Assembly: GCF_006345805.1 (NCBI RefSeq) | Contig: NC_043001.1 | Location: 26,164,001 to 26,228,000 of the forward strand | DNA: 64,000 bases | DNA from: Octopus sinensis | Lineage: Eukaryota | Reading direction: 5' to 3' | In this document: positions 11,993 through 25,573 of the stretch, piece after piece | How the letters are laid out: every line of letters begins with the position of its first letter | Numbering within the stretch: the stretch's first letter is position 1 | Program-made: the position numbers and the translations under genes | The notes under the pieces: model-generated | Told to the model about the DNA's origin: nothing | The model's input: only the letters and a program-made list of their open reading frames with translations | The model's database searches: none

Positions 11993-13514
11993 ATCCAGAA
12001 GATCCATGTAGAAAGATCCAATGGAAGAGAAAAACTAAGGAAGACAAAGACAGAAATAGTGAAGGCTGATCCCAGGAAACTGAACCTCACACAAATGATG
12101 ATTAAGGAACACAACCAACAAGTTGGTGGAATGCTGTATAGGAGAGAACTTATCCAACCCATGCAAGCATGGAAAAACAGACAACATTTAAATAGTAGAG
12201 GGAGTGTATATTTATATGTACCTCACTGTAGAATTGACTATGATGAATTAAAACCTTGTTATATATGTCTTGTAAGAAGTGCGCATTTTAGAATTTAAAA
12301 TGCAGTGTTCGATAAAAATGTTTCTAAAAATGTGTTTAATGTATTTTGATTTGATGAGAAATATAAATTTTTTATGAGACAAAAAGCCAGTTACTTTAAA
12401 TGAAGGTGAATAAATATACCTTGTACCTTAACTTCTTAATAGCATTTGTTTTATTGAACCAGGAGAGATGAAAGGCAATTTCCACCCAAGAAAAAGAACA
12501 CAAACACAATGAAGCATTATCCTTGCTCTTTTCACTACCATCAAAGTATATTTTAGGGATCATGCTCTATAAATGCTGAAAGACTGAAAATAATTGAGGG
12601 AAATGGAGAGTAGGAAGTTAAGGAGAATTAGCAAGAAAAGAGATTTCATTTACTGTGAAGATTTTAACTCCTTCTCCACCTTGACTCCCTTCTGACCTAC
12701 TTGCCGAGAAAAAGGGATTTATTATATATCAGAAGTAATGGGGATCTATTAGATATTAGAAAGGTTTTGCACTCAATCACTCATATTATGAGATAATGTT
12801 TATTTTGTCTTTCCATTAAATATTAGCTTTAATTCTGAATAAAAGCAGCATGTGCTGTGTAGAAATATTCCTTATATTTACACAGCTGTTATAAAAGTGT
12901 GTCTCTTTATACATTATCAATGGACCACACACCTTTTCTAAGAATATAAATTGCTCAAATACTGCAAAATGATTTTAACAAGTTTGAATCAATGGCCATA
13001 GTTTGAAGGAATATAGTGAACTCCATCTGCAATATAAACATAGGAATATAGCATTCCAGTTTATTGTGCTTAACCAAATCTTAACACTTCAAGGGTGGCA
13101 ATCAAGATGAAGACATCTTCCCTGTTAGATATTGGTTTACCACCTTAAGGGCATAATGTTTAGAATCAGCAGAAAGATATTGAACAAATGAGATGAAAGA
13201 AAATAGCTTTTAGCTTATATGTATAAAACAAGAAACTATTTCACATGAATGATAATAGCAATGAAAATTATACCATACATCACAATCACAACTCAATGAA
13301 AGATCCTCAATATGATTGTTTGACTAGGTAGAAATAGACGAATCTCCCTCATATTATGCCTTACAATCTGAAGAACAACCCAAAGGTCAAGCGTGTTTGA
13401 AGCGGGTTTTAAATTACTAAAGGTTCTGAGTGTCTAGCTGACAGAGATAGTCTTTTACATTGTATTCATAGCAGCAGCTGCATTGTGGAGATTTAACTTT
13501 TTCTATTATTTTAA

Positions 13515-13733
13515 CCCTTTAGTATTTAAACCGGCCATATCCGGCCAAAATATTTAATCTGTTTTATGTTCAAACTGACCAGATCCAGGCCCTCACACCT
13601 ACCTTACAATGTCATTCTACATGAAGTAATTACACCGTCAAGATCTTGAAGATATGAGGTAATGCATGATTAATTCAAATCAATGGGAATCAATAAGCAT
13701 TATGTTTGATAGAATAATCTGAACACTAAAGGG
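13515..13733. mobile_element. piggyBac-like MITE (family 2)
   Basis: TTAA-CCCTTTAGTATTTA..TGAACACTAAAGGG-TTAA. Confidence 0.8.
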
Positions 13734-13796
13734 TTAATAACATGAAATTATCACTTTCTCCACCACAGGAAAGAAGAAAAAAAGAAAAAAAACATA

Positions 13797-14013
13797 TGAG
13801 GGGGTGCTGAAACCTTCCAGGCTTTGGGTAAAAGAAAATACAGGAGAATCAGTTAATTATGATTTTATTTAACATATTCCCCTCTCAGATTCACACACTT
13901 ATTGGAATGGTGCTTCAGTTTTTCTAAACCCTGTAAAAGAACTCAGAAGGTTGGGCCTCCAATCAGGCCTTTCATGATACCCTTAAAGCCAGGAACTTTT
14001 CCGTACACTCTTG
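13797..14013. mobile_element. Mariner-derived MITE (partial inverted copy at about 49430-49610)
   Basis: TA flanks; imperfect TIR TGAGGGGGTGCTGAAACCTTCCAGGCTTT / AAAGCCAGGAACTTTTCCGTACACTCTTG. Confidence 0.65.
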
Positions 14014-14484
14014 TATAACCTAATTTCATTAGAACAATATGAATGACTAAGTGAGCAAATCATTAGACCAATATCTAAAAATACATTTTTAAGGGTGACC
14101 ACATTGGTCTTCTAATGTGGGTAGAATGACACAGCACAAAATTCATAGAACATCCCTTAATTTGATCAGGTCCTTATAGCAGAGCTTTATCAGAGTAGAC
14201 AAACAGGATATACAATTTCTCAGTTGAAGAGCAGAGTTATAAGCCTGAGAATTTATTATGGCCATCTTCAAAGCATGAGCCTGAATTATGTCTGAAGTCA
14301 AAGTTATGGTTTTGTTTAGCAGTACTCTAGTTTATATACTGGCAAAAGAGATTTGGTTGTGAATGAGTCACAAATATTTTTGCTTCTATAAATGTCAGCC
14401 CCAGATCAGCCTGTAAAACTTGTCCAGTGATTCTTTCTTAGGACATTCTTATATGTCTATAGTACCAGAGCTCTGATCTCTCAA

Positions 14485-14790
14485 GTAGAGCCACTACTTC
14501 TTCAAATTGAGAGATCACACCTCTGGTACTATGGACATGTAGTAAGAATGTCCTAAGAAAGAATCACTGAACATGTTTTTTTTAATGGTCACAACAGCAG
14601 GAGAGCTGAGAGTAGACCACAAACAAGATGGTTGGATAACATCCATGAGCTTGGTTGGCCTCACTTGGGCATCCAACCAGATCAGTCGAAGATGGTTGCT
14701 TTTGACAAGAGCCAATGGAAAGCATGATTGAGGAATCTTTTCCCACAACCTTCCTAGGGAATACGTGAGCTAGGATGAGATGAGTTGAAA
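14485..14790 (+). pseudogene. RTE-clade LINE 3' end fragment
   Basis: PLLLQIERSHLWYYGHVVRM*..RPQTRWLDNIHELGWPHLGI..QW, typical of RTE ORF C-termini. Confidence 0.7.
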
Positions 14791-15566
14791 TGTCAACCAT
14801 GAAGCTTTAAAAATTACAGTCTAAACTCAAATTCTGAGCAAATCTTATGTATTCATTAACAGATATTGTGGTCACTTGTTTATAAGTGGCAAGTTTGTAT
14901 TGTATTATGACTTTATTTGGCGAGTCTTTGCATATCTACAACATTACTGAAGGTAGTGCAGATGGAAATAATTCAAAAGTTTGTGGGGAAAATTAAGTTC
15001 ACTAGAAATCAGATAAAAGTCACTAGTTCTTTCAAATGAACTTTTATAATCCAAAAAGACTAGAGCCAATACTTAAAGGTGTGTGAGGCATCAGGAGCTG
15101 TCAGTACTACATTGAATCTTTTGGGCCATAGTCCATGTTTCCTACCAAGGATTGTGACTACTAAAGAATTAAAATGAAGAAAGAATGATCCAAGAGGTAA
15201 AACAGTGTAAGTAGGCTTTAATTCATTAAAACTTCTGCGTTTACAAAGTATTTGTAGCAACAGCAGTATGTAATAGCTGCAGAATTTTGTGGAAATTCAG
15301 CTATTTCTTTTCTTATAAGAATTGTATGAAATTATTATACCATTTTGAAAAAGGAAGAAGGTACTGGACAATGTAGTCCTGGGTGTACCCCCAACAAAAA
15401 AAAGAAAGAAAAACGGGGATGGTCATGATTGACATACCTTTGATTTTAAGTTCGTTTTATCAAGACTGGCCGGGGGGAGGGGGGGTGCTAAACAACTACA
15501 ACAGCAATCACAACTTCAGAACAATAAGTAAAGCAATTAAGTAGAAAAAATAAAATTTATGCTTAC

Positions 15567-15715
15567 TTGAAAAAAATAATTGGATGCAAGCCCAGGTCCA
15601 GCAACTCTCCGAGCAATGAAACCATCACTGGCTGGTATCCTTCCACGACTTTTTATCACTGTATGAAACATAACACTGTCCCATAAACCACGAAAAGCCC
15701 GACGCAGTGTGCCGA
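15567..15715 (-). CDS. Coding exon E (F-GTLRRAFRGLWDSVMFHTVIKSRGRIPASDGFIARRVAGPGLASNYFFQ)
   Basis: 149 nt; ttcag acceptor after a CT-rich tract, gtaagc donor; phase 1 to 0; GC-richer than the flanks. Confidence 0.93.
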
Positions 15716-16339
15716 CTGAATTAAAGGAAAGAGAGAGACAGAGATCATTAAAGAAAACAGTATTTTATAACAGCTTTTAATGAATATACTAGTAAATGAA
15801 TATTTAAAACTTAAGATCACTGATGATAGAGATGGTTAAATCAAATATGACAGAATTTTTACATTTGCATTGTATCACTAAAGATTGGGTTTTGAATTCA
15901 TTTGTGCAATATTCCTGGCAAAATAATTTGAGTCAGTTCCATACAGGCATTCTTTGTTAAATACCATAAAATATAGATAGAACTAACTCGAATATGGAGA
16001 AGACACTGCAAGTGAGAAGTATTGATCATTTCAGTTAACCCGTGAAAGAAATTAAAGTATAAATTATTTCCATACAATACTTTCTGTGCTTGACACTTAT
16101 AAAAGAAAAAAAGTATTGAACTATTAATTCAATGATGTCGATGGTATTTTGCTGTATTTCTGGGCAAAAACACTATTTTTTTTTCACGTGCTGTGAATGA
16201 GATTCGATAAAGAATAAATTACTTATGTAAGATGGTTTGTGTTTAACGTATAAAAAAGACATTGAACTATCAACTCAATGATGTTGATGGTATTTTGCTG
16301 TATTTCTGAGTAAAACACTATATTTTGCTTGCACTAGTT

Positions 16340-16810
16340 ATCATCATTATCATCATCATCCTTTAACGTCCGCTTTCCATGCTAGCATGGGTTGGACAAT
16401 TTGACTGAGGACTGACGAACCAGATGGCTGCGCCAGGCTCCAATCTGATCTGGCAGAGTTTCTACAGCTGGATGCCCTTCCTAATGCCAACCATTCCATG
16501 AGTGTAGTAGGTGCTTTTACATGCCACCGGCACGAGGGCCAGTCTGGTGGTACTAGCAACGGCCAAGCTCAAAATGGTGTTTTTATGTGCCACCTGCACA
16601 GGAGTCATTCCAGCGGCACTGGCAATGATCTCGCTTGAATGTTTTGTTTATGTGCCACCGGCACAAGTGACAATGAGGCGATGCTGGTAACAATCATGCT
16701 CAAATGGTGCTTTTTACATGCCCACCGGCACAGAAGCCAGACAGCTGCTCTGGCAGTGATCCCGCTCAGATGGAGCTGTTGGCACTCCACTGGCACAAGT
16801 GCCAGATTGT
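16340..16810 (-). mobile_element. Repeat family B copy
   Basis: Highly similar to 1116-1545 over about 430 bp. Confidence 0.8.
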
Positions 16811-18051
16811 ATAAAAGTACTCAAACTTAAAGGAATATTCTATGCAACTGACAAATCTTTAAAAGGAGCTACATCTCTTGTGCACAAAATCAGATAAATT
16901 TTGGAACAAAACAAGTTTCATGAAAACCCTGTAGTGAATGGAAACATGATGGTTATGTAACATACATGAAAAAATGAAAAAGAATTCTAGTAGAGATTGT
17001 TTTACATCAAAACTGTGCTTTCTCTTTCATTGATTACTTATATAAGGCTAGTCTTTTTTCTTGGCACACCAAGTCTGGAGGTATCACTGTAATAAATTGT
17101 GTCTAAACTTATCAGAAAACTGCAGGACCTAAGTTTATTCTAATTAGTTAGTAGCTCAGACTAACTCAGGAGACTACCATTCATTTTAATCTTGTAACAG
17201 TCACTTTTCCTTTCATTGTTTTTTTTTTTGCTTTTTTTTTTTTTTTTTTTTTGAGAAGGTAATCTTTGTAGATGATGTATAAACACTTTCAACTTTCAAC
17301 AGAACCACTTAAAATTGCTTTTAGTCTTATTGACCTTAATCCTGCTATCAATGTGTTTTGCTGCATTGTCAATACAATCACATTTTTCATGTGGAAAGGT
17401 TTAAAAATCAGACAGGACATCATTATTCTTTGGCAGTCAAACTGACAAACTATTCTCTATCTAAAGCTGCTAATATATCTGTAACCTCTCAGCAATAACA
17501 ACATATTTCAGCTGACTTAATTAGCATCTTGTGTCTCGGGAGATGTACATAATATATTGAAAAAGTGAAACCATTTGTAAGACTGGCAGAAAAATCTCCT
17601 GAAATATTTAAAACTATCTGTTTCTCAATAAGGGTGGGTGAGGGCAAGAACAAAGCTAAAGCAAAATCTAGAAAGTTTTAGTTATTTTTATTCCTATTGT
17701 TGAGTTAACTGTCTAAAAGAATTAAAATAGAAATAAACATTCTTTTTAATCTGATTGCTCATAATATAGGTGTTTGATGGTTACTTTTTTTTCAGAAAGA
17801 GACAAGAGGAGTAAGAGAGAGGGATACAGAAAGAGAGAAGAGAGATAGGAAAGAAGAGAGAAAGGAGGAGAGGAGAGGAAAGACAGAGAGAAAAGGAAAG
17901 AGAGAGTTAGAAAATATCAGCTATCAAATTAGAAAATTTCAGAATATTAATTTGAGTATAAGGATTGTATTGTGAAAACTTATTGAAGAATAAGCATGTT
18001 TTCAATGTTGGCTTTTGAGAAAGAAATAATTCTTGAAGAATAGATACTTAC

Positions 18052-18189
18052 AAAGAAGACAAAAAAATGCTGCCAAGGGACAGATTATGACACCAAATAG
18101 AAGTGCCGTTACAGGCTGAATGCAACCCTGCAGGACAATGTGCCACAGAATGGCTTCCATCAGAACAAGAATTTTGTTACCAGACAGCT
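18052..18189 (-). CDS. Coding exon D (E-LSGNKILVLMEAILWHIVLQGCIQPVTALLFGVIICPLAAFFCLL-F), hydrophobic TM-like segment
   Basis: 138 nt; ttttcag acceptor, gtaagt donor; phase 1 to 1; open frame. Confidence 0.92.
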
Positions 18190-19447
18190 CTGAAAATATA
18201 ACAATTTCAACAATTTATAATGGATGTTTTATTGATGATTACAATACATTTTTCTGAAGCTGAAAAGAGATTAAGTCACAGATGACAGTTTAATAAGGGA
18301 ATGTCAAACAAAATAATCTACAAAAAAAGATGTTTTCTCCAAGTTGATGAATTCATTAAGAAGACATAAAATTTTAGAGATAATTATAAAACAACAATGA
18401 TACAATATAAGCTTGGAAACAAAAAAAAAATGTTCTTATTTGACAATTAAAGACAACTTGCATTCTCTATTATTTTGTAATAGATACTTATTTTTATGAC
18501 TGTATTTCATAGACAGGCATTCCTCCATTAACATAATTCTGTTCAACATTGTTTTGCTATAAATTTTAATGAAAAATAAATAAAATAAAGGCAAACATCT
18601 TAAAATAAAAATTTTAAATGTGTTTACACCTCGCATACTGAATTTTCATTTAATTTTATTTTTCTGTTCTTTCTTTTGAAACCTGTTACATTTTTCAATT
18701 CAGTGAAATAAAACTAAAATAGAAATAAAAAAATGCTGAATAAAGATATGAATCATTAATCATTGAACTTCTTTTATTTCATGATCAACACTAAGATACA
18801 ATCTTTATATGTCTAGCAACTACTTCAAGGAGATGTTAACTTGTTTAAAGTACAATACTTAAAATATAAAGTGAAACATTGTAAAGAACAAAGTTGTATG
18901 TAATAGATATCAATTAGTATACTTCTAAAGCAGGGTCTGCTTCATCTTTATTAATCCACTTAAAATTCTAAATAACACTACTTTCTTCACTGTACTAAGT
19001 GCAAGATGTTTTCCACTAACAAGTTGTCTTTCTGCTGGGCTTTTAGACATGACATTAAATAAAAAATTATAACAAACTAGGATAAATAAACCAATGTAGA
19101 GAGGGGCAAGTGTGCAAATTAAAACAAAATGGCCAAATGGTAAACTACAATGAAGCCTGCCAAATTCAGAATTAACTAGTTTTTGTCACTGTTTGGAGCT
19201 GAATTGAGTGGTGGTAGGAGGTGGTCCTTACAATTTTCACTTGGTAAATTATTTACTTCATAATTTATTGCAGTTGCAATGACAGCTAACTGTGCACCAA
19301 GCACTGCTGCTGTCTATGATTCTCCTTGCCCACCCCACAAGAGAGAGGTTATAACATTAGAAACTAAGAAGTGTTACCATTCAACAATGGACAGTGAGCT
19401 GTGGATATTGGAAGAGCTCTCAGTTTGCAACTGACAATTTGCAGTAA

Positions 19448-20494
19448 TCTCTCTATATATAAAGCTGAAGTTGTCTGTGTGTGGCAGGTTTGGTAGCCTT
19501 CAACTAACACTATCTCCTCAGAGACACTGTGGTGCAAGTTGACCAAAATTGAGAGTATCATAGAAGAAAGCTTGCTCTTCCTTCCATAGAAGAAAAAATT
19601 CAAATCGAACCACCAAAAATTATTTATATCAAAAAGGTGCTTTTTTTCTATGAAAATCCCTATTTTTTACGATTTTTTTACTGCTGTGTCGCCATTTTTC
19701 AGTGTATTTCAACCAGATAAATGTTCACTTAAAGAGAATAACAAGCTACATAATGCAAAATTTTTACTTCTCTCTATATATAAAGCTGAAGTTGTCTGTG
19801 TATGGCAGGTTTGGTAGCCTTCAACTAACACTATCTCCTCCGAGACCCTGTAGCACAAGTTGACCAAAATTGAGAGTATGATAGAAGAAGGCTTGCTCTT
19901 CCTTCCATGGAAGAAAAAATTCAAATCGGACCATGTTAACACCAAAAATTATTTACATCAAAAGGGTGCTTTTTTTCTATGAAAATTCCTATTTTTCACG
20001 ATTTTTTGACTGCTGTGTCGCCATTTTTCAGTGTATTTCAACCAGAAAAATGTTTACTTAAAGATAATAACAAGCTACATAATGCAAAATCTTTACTTCT
20101 CTCTATATACAAAGCTGAAGTTGTCTGTGTATGGCAGGTTTGGTAGCTTTCAACTAACACTATCTCCTCCGAGACCCTGTGGCACAAGTGACCAAAGTTG
20201 AGAGTATCATAGAAGAAGGCTTGCTCTTCCTTCCATAGAAGAAAAAATTCAAATCGGACCATGTTAACACCAAAAATTATTTACATCAAAAAGGTGCTTT
20301 TTTTCTATGAAAATGCCTATTTTTAACAATTTTTTGACTGCTGTGTCATCATTTTTCGGTGTATTTCAACCAGAAAATAGTTCACTTAAAGAAAATAACA
20401 AGCTACATAATGCAAAATTTTTACTTTTCAAAGATTCCAATTCTAAAGGGTCGAAAAGAAAACAAGCCCAAGCAACGCTGGGCTATACTGCTAG
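19448..20494 (+). mobile_element. Non-autonomous Helitron with three tandem ~325-330 bp 5' units and one 3' end
   Basis: Inserted between A and T; 5' TCTCTCTATATATAAAG; 3' hairpin AGCCCAAGC-AAC-GCTGGGCT then CTAG; units start at about 19448, 19769 and 20098. Confidence 0.85.
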
Positions 20495-20889
20495 TATTAA
20501 ATATATTAAAGCTTGTATTGAAAGTGTAAGACTTTTATTTATTACAAAATTAACTAGGAACACAAGCATTATAATGGAAATAATGGGCAGAGGACATGCC
20601 TCAACATAATTCTCCATGTTTGCTACTAGCCATACAAATGAAAACTCAAAGTTTATTTGATGACCTAAAGAAAAAAAAAAACAGAATTCTAGTACTGACA
20701 CTAAAATGTTAGTGGCAAATTGTAGTTGCCTTCAGCATTTCAAGAATCACAATTAACAGATGAAGATGCAAATGCCAACGAAGAAACCACAGCTGCTTTT
20801 TTAGCTTTATTGAAAAGTATCATTGACAACTGCATTGCTGATTTCCTGGGTTTAGAGGAGCATTTTGCACTGCTTAATGCAAAATGTTC

Positions 20890-21046
20890 AGGAGTGGCTG
20901 AGTGGTAAGTAGCTTGCTTGCCAACCACATGGATCTGGGTTCAGTCCCACTGCGTGGCACCTTGGGCAAGTGTCTTCTACTATAACCTTGGGCTGACCAA
21001 AGCCTTGTGAGTGGATTTGGTAGACAGAAACTGAAAGAAGCCCGTC

Positions 21047-21091
<45 letters not shown>

Positions 21092-21308
21092 CATTTGTGT
21101 GTCTGTGTTTGTACCCCCAACATCGCTTGACAACCGATGCCAGTGTGTTTACGTCGCCCGTAACTTAGCAGTTCAGCAAAAGAGACCAATAGAATAAGTA
21201 CTAGGCTTACAAAGAATAAGTCCTGGGGGCGATTTGCTTGACTAAAGGTGGTGCTCCAGCATGGCCACAGTCAAATGACTGAAACAAGTAAAAGAGAGTA
21301 AAAGAGAG
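20890..21308 (+). mobile_element. SINE family A, full length
   Basis: Matches 5128-5510; TGGCTGAGTGG A-box; (TG)n centre; GTAAAAGAGA tail repeat. Confidence 0.85.
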
Positions 21309-21884
21309 GTGCTTGTTGGGTTAGGACACAAGTTGCATTCAATGGAATAAACGTTGCAGCAGAGTTATTTGAATCACAGAGTGAAAAAAAATACGAGGAC
21401 CCTATGAAGATAGAACTGGACCACTCTAAAGAAAATGAAGATGGAAAGAGTGAGGCTGCAAGACAAACAGGAATTTTAACCAGTAAAGATCTGTCCGAGG
21501 CTTTCCAGTTTTTTAGATAAAGCTATTCGGCCCCTTGTGGGTAATAAAGAAACCAGCTTTTAGATAAAGCTATGACCATTTCCACAAATAAATAAATAGA
21601 AATGAAAATAAGGTCCTCAAAAACAAAGAAGTTCAGAAGCAATCAGGTTAATATTGAATGGATACAACTATCACCAGTTATGCAAACACAAGAAGAAGAA
21701 AAATGGACAACAAACCATGAACATATTTTAAGCGAAAAATTATCTAATCGTTTTATTTTCATCCTTTTTCAAAGTATGTGTCACACACATATTTCAATGT
21801 TTGATATTAGAAACATTTCATGTTTTTATTTAGTTATTTGATAAAGTCCTTTGCGATTAGGAATATACTGTAAAATCATAACTC

Positions 21885-22155
21885 GTGTGTGTGTCTCTCT
21901 CTTTCTCTCTCTCTCATAGATGTATGTATGTATGTAAACAGGTAGGTAGGTAGGTAGGTAGGTATGTATGTATGTATGTAGGTATGTATGTATGTTTGTA
22001 GGTATGTATGTATGTATGTATGTATGTATGTATGTATGTATGTATGTATGTATGTATGTGTGTGTGTGTGTATGTATGTGTGTGTGTATGTATGTATGTA
22101 GGTATGCATGTATGTATGTATGTAGGTATGTATGTATGTATGTATGTAGGTAGGT
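21885..22155. repeat. (TATG)n/(TAGG)n compound microsatellite
   Basis: Directly visible. Confidence 0.95.
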
Positions 22156-23691
22156 CTGTATTGTTGAGCCTATCGTTAAAATGGTATTTTGCTTTGCATC
22201 ATTTCACTTAAAGTCACATTTCACAAGAACCTATCAGCAATGTTAAGTGAGGAGTGACAATATATGTCATCTTTGTGTGTGTATTCATTAATTTCCATTT
22301 CTATCTCTATTCTTATCTGCTCTGATACTAGTCATTGATGCATGAAGACAGCACAATATCAGTGATGGCAAGTAAACTCATCATTATTACCGGTGAGACT
22401 TATGAGGGAATCTCTATATGGTTGCTCAACCTGCTAGAAACAGCACTCAAATCTCAATTGTATCACAGAATCATCATCAAAATGATAAGAACACACTGGA
22501 TGATATAATCCCAGATATTCTATGACTGGAAAATATGTGATGTTCACATCTGGATTGCCTTTAGTTATAAGTCTGCTGGATTAGGGCTCACCTGTGTCTA
22601 AAAAAAACAACATACAGTAACCTTTCATGATTGTGATGGAACATAACTATCAATGAACATTTATAATGTATAAATTGTAATTAAGTGAATCAGATTGTAT
22701 AGTTTAAGCTTCAAAATATGCTAGCCTATTACATGATAAACTCATTGTATTTCATCACCAACTCACTTTGTCATATCTCATACATCAAATTAGGATCAGC
22801 TACAAACTGGAATTCAAAATGTTTTCTTTCAGTTTTACATATTAATGTAATCATTATGTCAAGTATTTTAACAGAGGGTCTCAATTTCTAGTGTTTTAAC
22901 TGAAGAAAGAATGTAAAATAGAGCCATTATTTAAAGAAGCCATAAGGATTTTATAGTGCTCCTGACAAGATTTCAGGAACATTAAAGATTTAGCTCTGGC
23001 TACTGAAATATAATACATATTCAAGCTTAAATTTAATCTTCAAACATCAATTAATAGTTTCAACTGAATGAAAAATTAGATTTTCAGTTTAATTACTTTA
23101 ATCTCTAGTCTATTTCTACTAGATGAACTAGAGAGATTTGACCCAGCATTTCCTCTATAAGTCTAAAAACGACTAATTAATTTTGAAAATGTAATTTTTT
23201 AATCTGTTGAGAGCATTAGGTGATGCTTGAAGATTAAAATAAGAGATTAAGCTTCGGTATATATTACATTTTAGCAACAAGAGATGCATCATTATGATGT
23301 TTCTGAAATCTTGTATTTTTATCATAAAAAGTATTATGAAATCTCTGTAGTTTCTTTGTACAGTGACTCTATTTTTTTATTCTTTCTTTAGTTCATTATC
23401 TCAGTTAAAACACAATAACGTTTACTGAATAAAATGATTGCATTCAATTCTAGTAACTATCAGATTGTTTGTAGCAGCTGTGATAAAAAATTTCATACTT
23501 TAACAAATTATGGATGAGGTCATTCTATGTTGCAAATGATGAGTTACTGCTTTCATAGACTTTAAAGATATATTTGATAGTGCAGACCAGTGGTCCTCAA
23601 CTGGGGTCGATAATGACCCTTGGATGTCCATATATTTTGTTGTTAAAGTTATGAGCAATAGATTGGTTAAACATCTACAATACATAAAATA

Positions 23692-24256
23692 TTGGGTTGT
23701 CTGGAAAGTTCATGCGGATTTATAGTAGCTTACCTTTCGACTTATTTTAGAACATGGTTGAGTCCATAAAATAGGATTTGACTACACCTCCATTTAGAGC
23801 ATAGTTTAAGCTATCTTTTAGTGGAAGAAGGTTTATGTTCCTATAACCTGTGTTAATTCTGTAACCCTTTAAAATGGAACATAAGAAAATTCATTTTTGG
23901 CACTTGATGCTTTGGGAACCTGATAAAAATTGCTGTAGCTTGGCTGGGATGTGTTACTCCATCCTCCATATTCACCAGATATTGCTCCTTCAGATTTCCA
24001 CTTATTCAGGTCTCTGCAGAATAGTCTTAATGGTAAAAATTTAAATTCCTTGGATGATGAAAAAGAAACCTTGATGAATTCTTTGCCATAAAACCACCTC
24101 AATTCTGGGAAGAGGGTATTTTCAAGTTAAAGGAAAGATGGAGAGGCATTGTGCAACAAAATGGTTCATATTTGGTTGATTAAAAATGTAATGGCAAGTA
24201 TTTATTGACCTTTTTCTTTCCTTTAAAAATCGTCACAAACTTTCTGGACAACCCAA
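23692..24256 (+). mobile_element. Internally deleted mariner
   Basis: TA TSD; TIR TTGGGTTGTCTGGAAAGTT / AACTTTCTGGACAACCCAA; encodes LGWDVLLHPPYSPDIAPSDFHLFRSLQN (YSPDLAP motif). Confidence 0.9.
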
Positions 24257-24289
24257 TATTTTAAGAATATTTTTTTACAACTTCCAATA

Positions 24290-25573
24290 TGAAGTAGCAT
24301 CAAAATTAGTTCTGCAGTGTGCCAACAGATGACAGCACATGGTTGCATGCACAGTGAGAGCTAGAAGTGACCTTCAGGAGGCAGTATGCTGAGTAACATC
24401 ACTGTGTTTACTAAGCAAGTTGTGAAATTTGTTTCTGTGATCACATGTATGCTGTAATCTACAATTTTGTCATGGACAGGAAGTTGGAACAAAGAGCCAA
24501 CATGAAATTTCGCATTGAACTTGGGAAGTCTGCTACAGGGACATTGAGCATGCTTCAGCAAGCTTATGGCAATGAGGCAATGGGTCATACGCAATGTTTC
24601 AAGTGGTATAGGTACTTCAAAAGCAGAAGAATGTTCTTGGAAGATCTGTCATAAGTGTCACCTCCAGAAATGTGGAGAAAATTTATCAGCTTGTGCATGA
24701 GGATCACTGGAGGACAATCAACAATATTGCTGATGTTGTTGGTCTATTGCATGGGTCTGTGCAAGCAATCCTAACATCTGAATTGAACATGTGGTACGTC
24801 TCTGCCAAGTTTTCCCCCTGTCTGCTGACCACTGAGCGGAAAGAACATTGCATTGAAGTCTGTCAAGATCTCCATCAGTGTGCCACTGATGACCCATCCT
24901 TCATGTCAAGGATGATCATTGGTGACAAGAATTGAGTCTATGGGACCCTGAAATGAAGAAGCAGTTGTCACAATGGGAGAGCCCTTCATCTTCATGACCA
25001 AAGAAAGCACAATAGAGCCATAGCTCAATCAAGAGCATGCTCGTCACTTTTTTTTTTGACATCCATAATATGGTGCATTGGGAATTCGTCCCCTAGGGCC
25101 AGACTGTCAATCAAGAGTTCTACTGTAATGTTTTGAAGTGGTTGAGAGAGGACGTTTGGTGAAAGCAACCGGATCTATGGAGCGTGAAGAATTGGATTCT
25201 TCCCAACGGCAGTGCACCTTGTCACCGAGCTCTACTCACTCATGAGTTTCTTGTCAAAAACAAAATGGTATCACTTCTGCACCCACCCTGTTTGCCAGGT
25301 TTAGCACCTGCGGACTTCAGCCTCTTCTCCAAGATGAAAAGGTGGCTCAAAGGTCGCAGTTTTAACACCATTGTTGAGATCCAGAGCAAATCACAGAAGT
25401 CTTTGACTCAGAGAAAATTACTCCCAGGTTGAATTCCAAAAGTGGCAGGAATGCTGGGACTGGTGTTTTGCTGCACAAGGTAACTGTTTTGAAGGAGATG
25501 ATGTTAAAACCTAGATAAATAAGTTATTTTTGATTAAACATAACTAGTCCGGGAACTTTTTTATACCAATTCA
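24290..25573 (+). pseudogene. Full-length decayed mariner transposon (~1.28 kb), transposase pseudogene
   Basis: ORF pieces MDRKLEQRANMKFRIELGKSAT.., ..IIGDK.., ..HPPCLPGLAPADFSLFSKMK..; many stops and frameshifts; degenerate TIRs, TA flanks. Confidence 0.9.

Noticed and set aside
20700-21620. Possible Tigger/pogo transposase relic around the SINE
   Set aside because: Only vague acidic peptide resemblance; no TIR or catalytic motif identifiable
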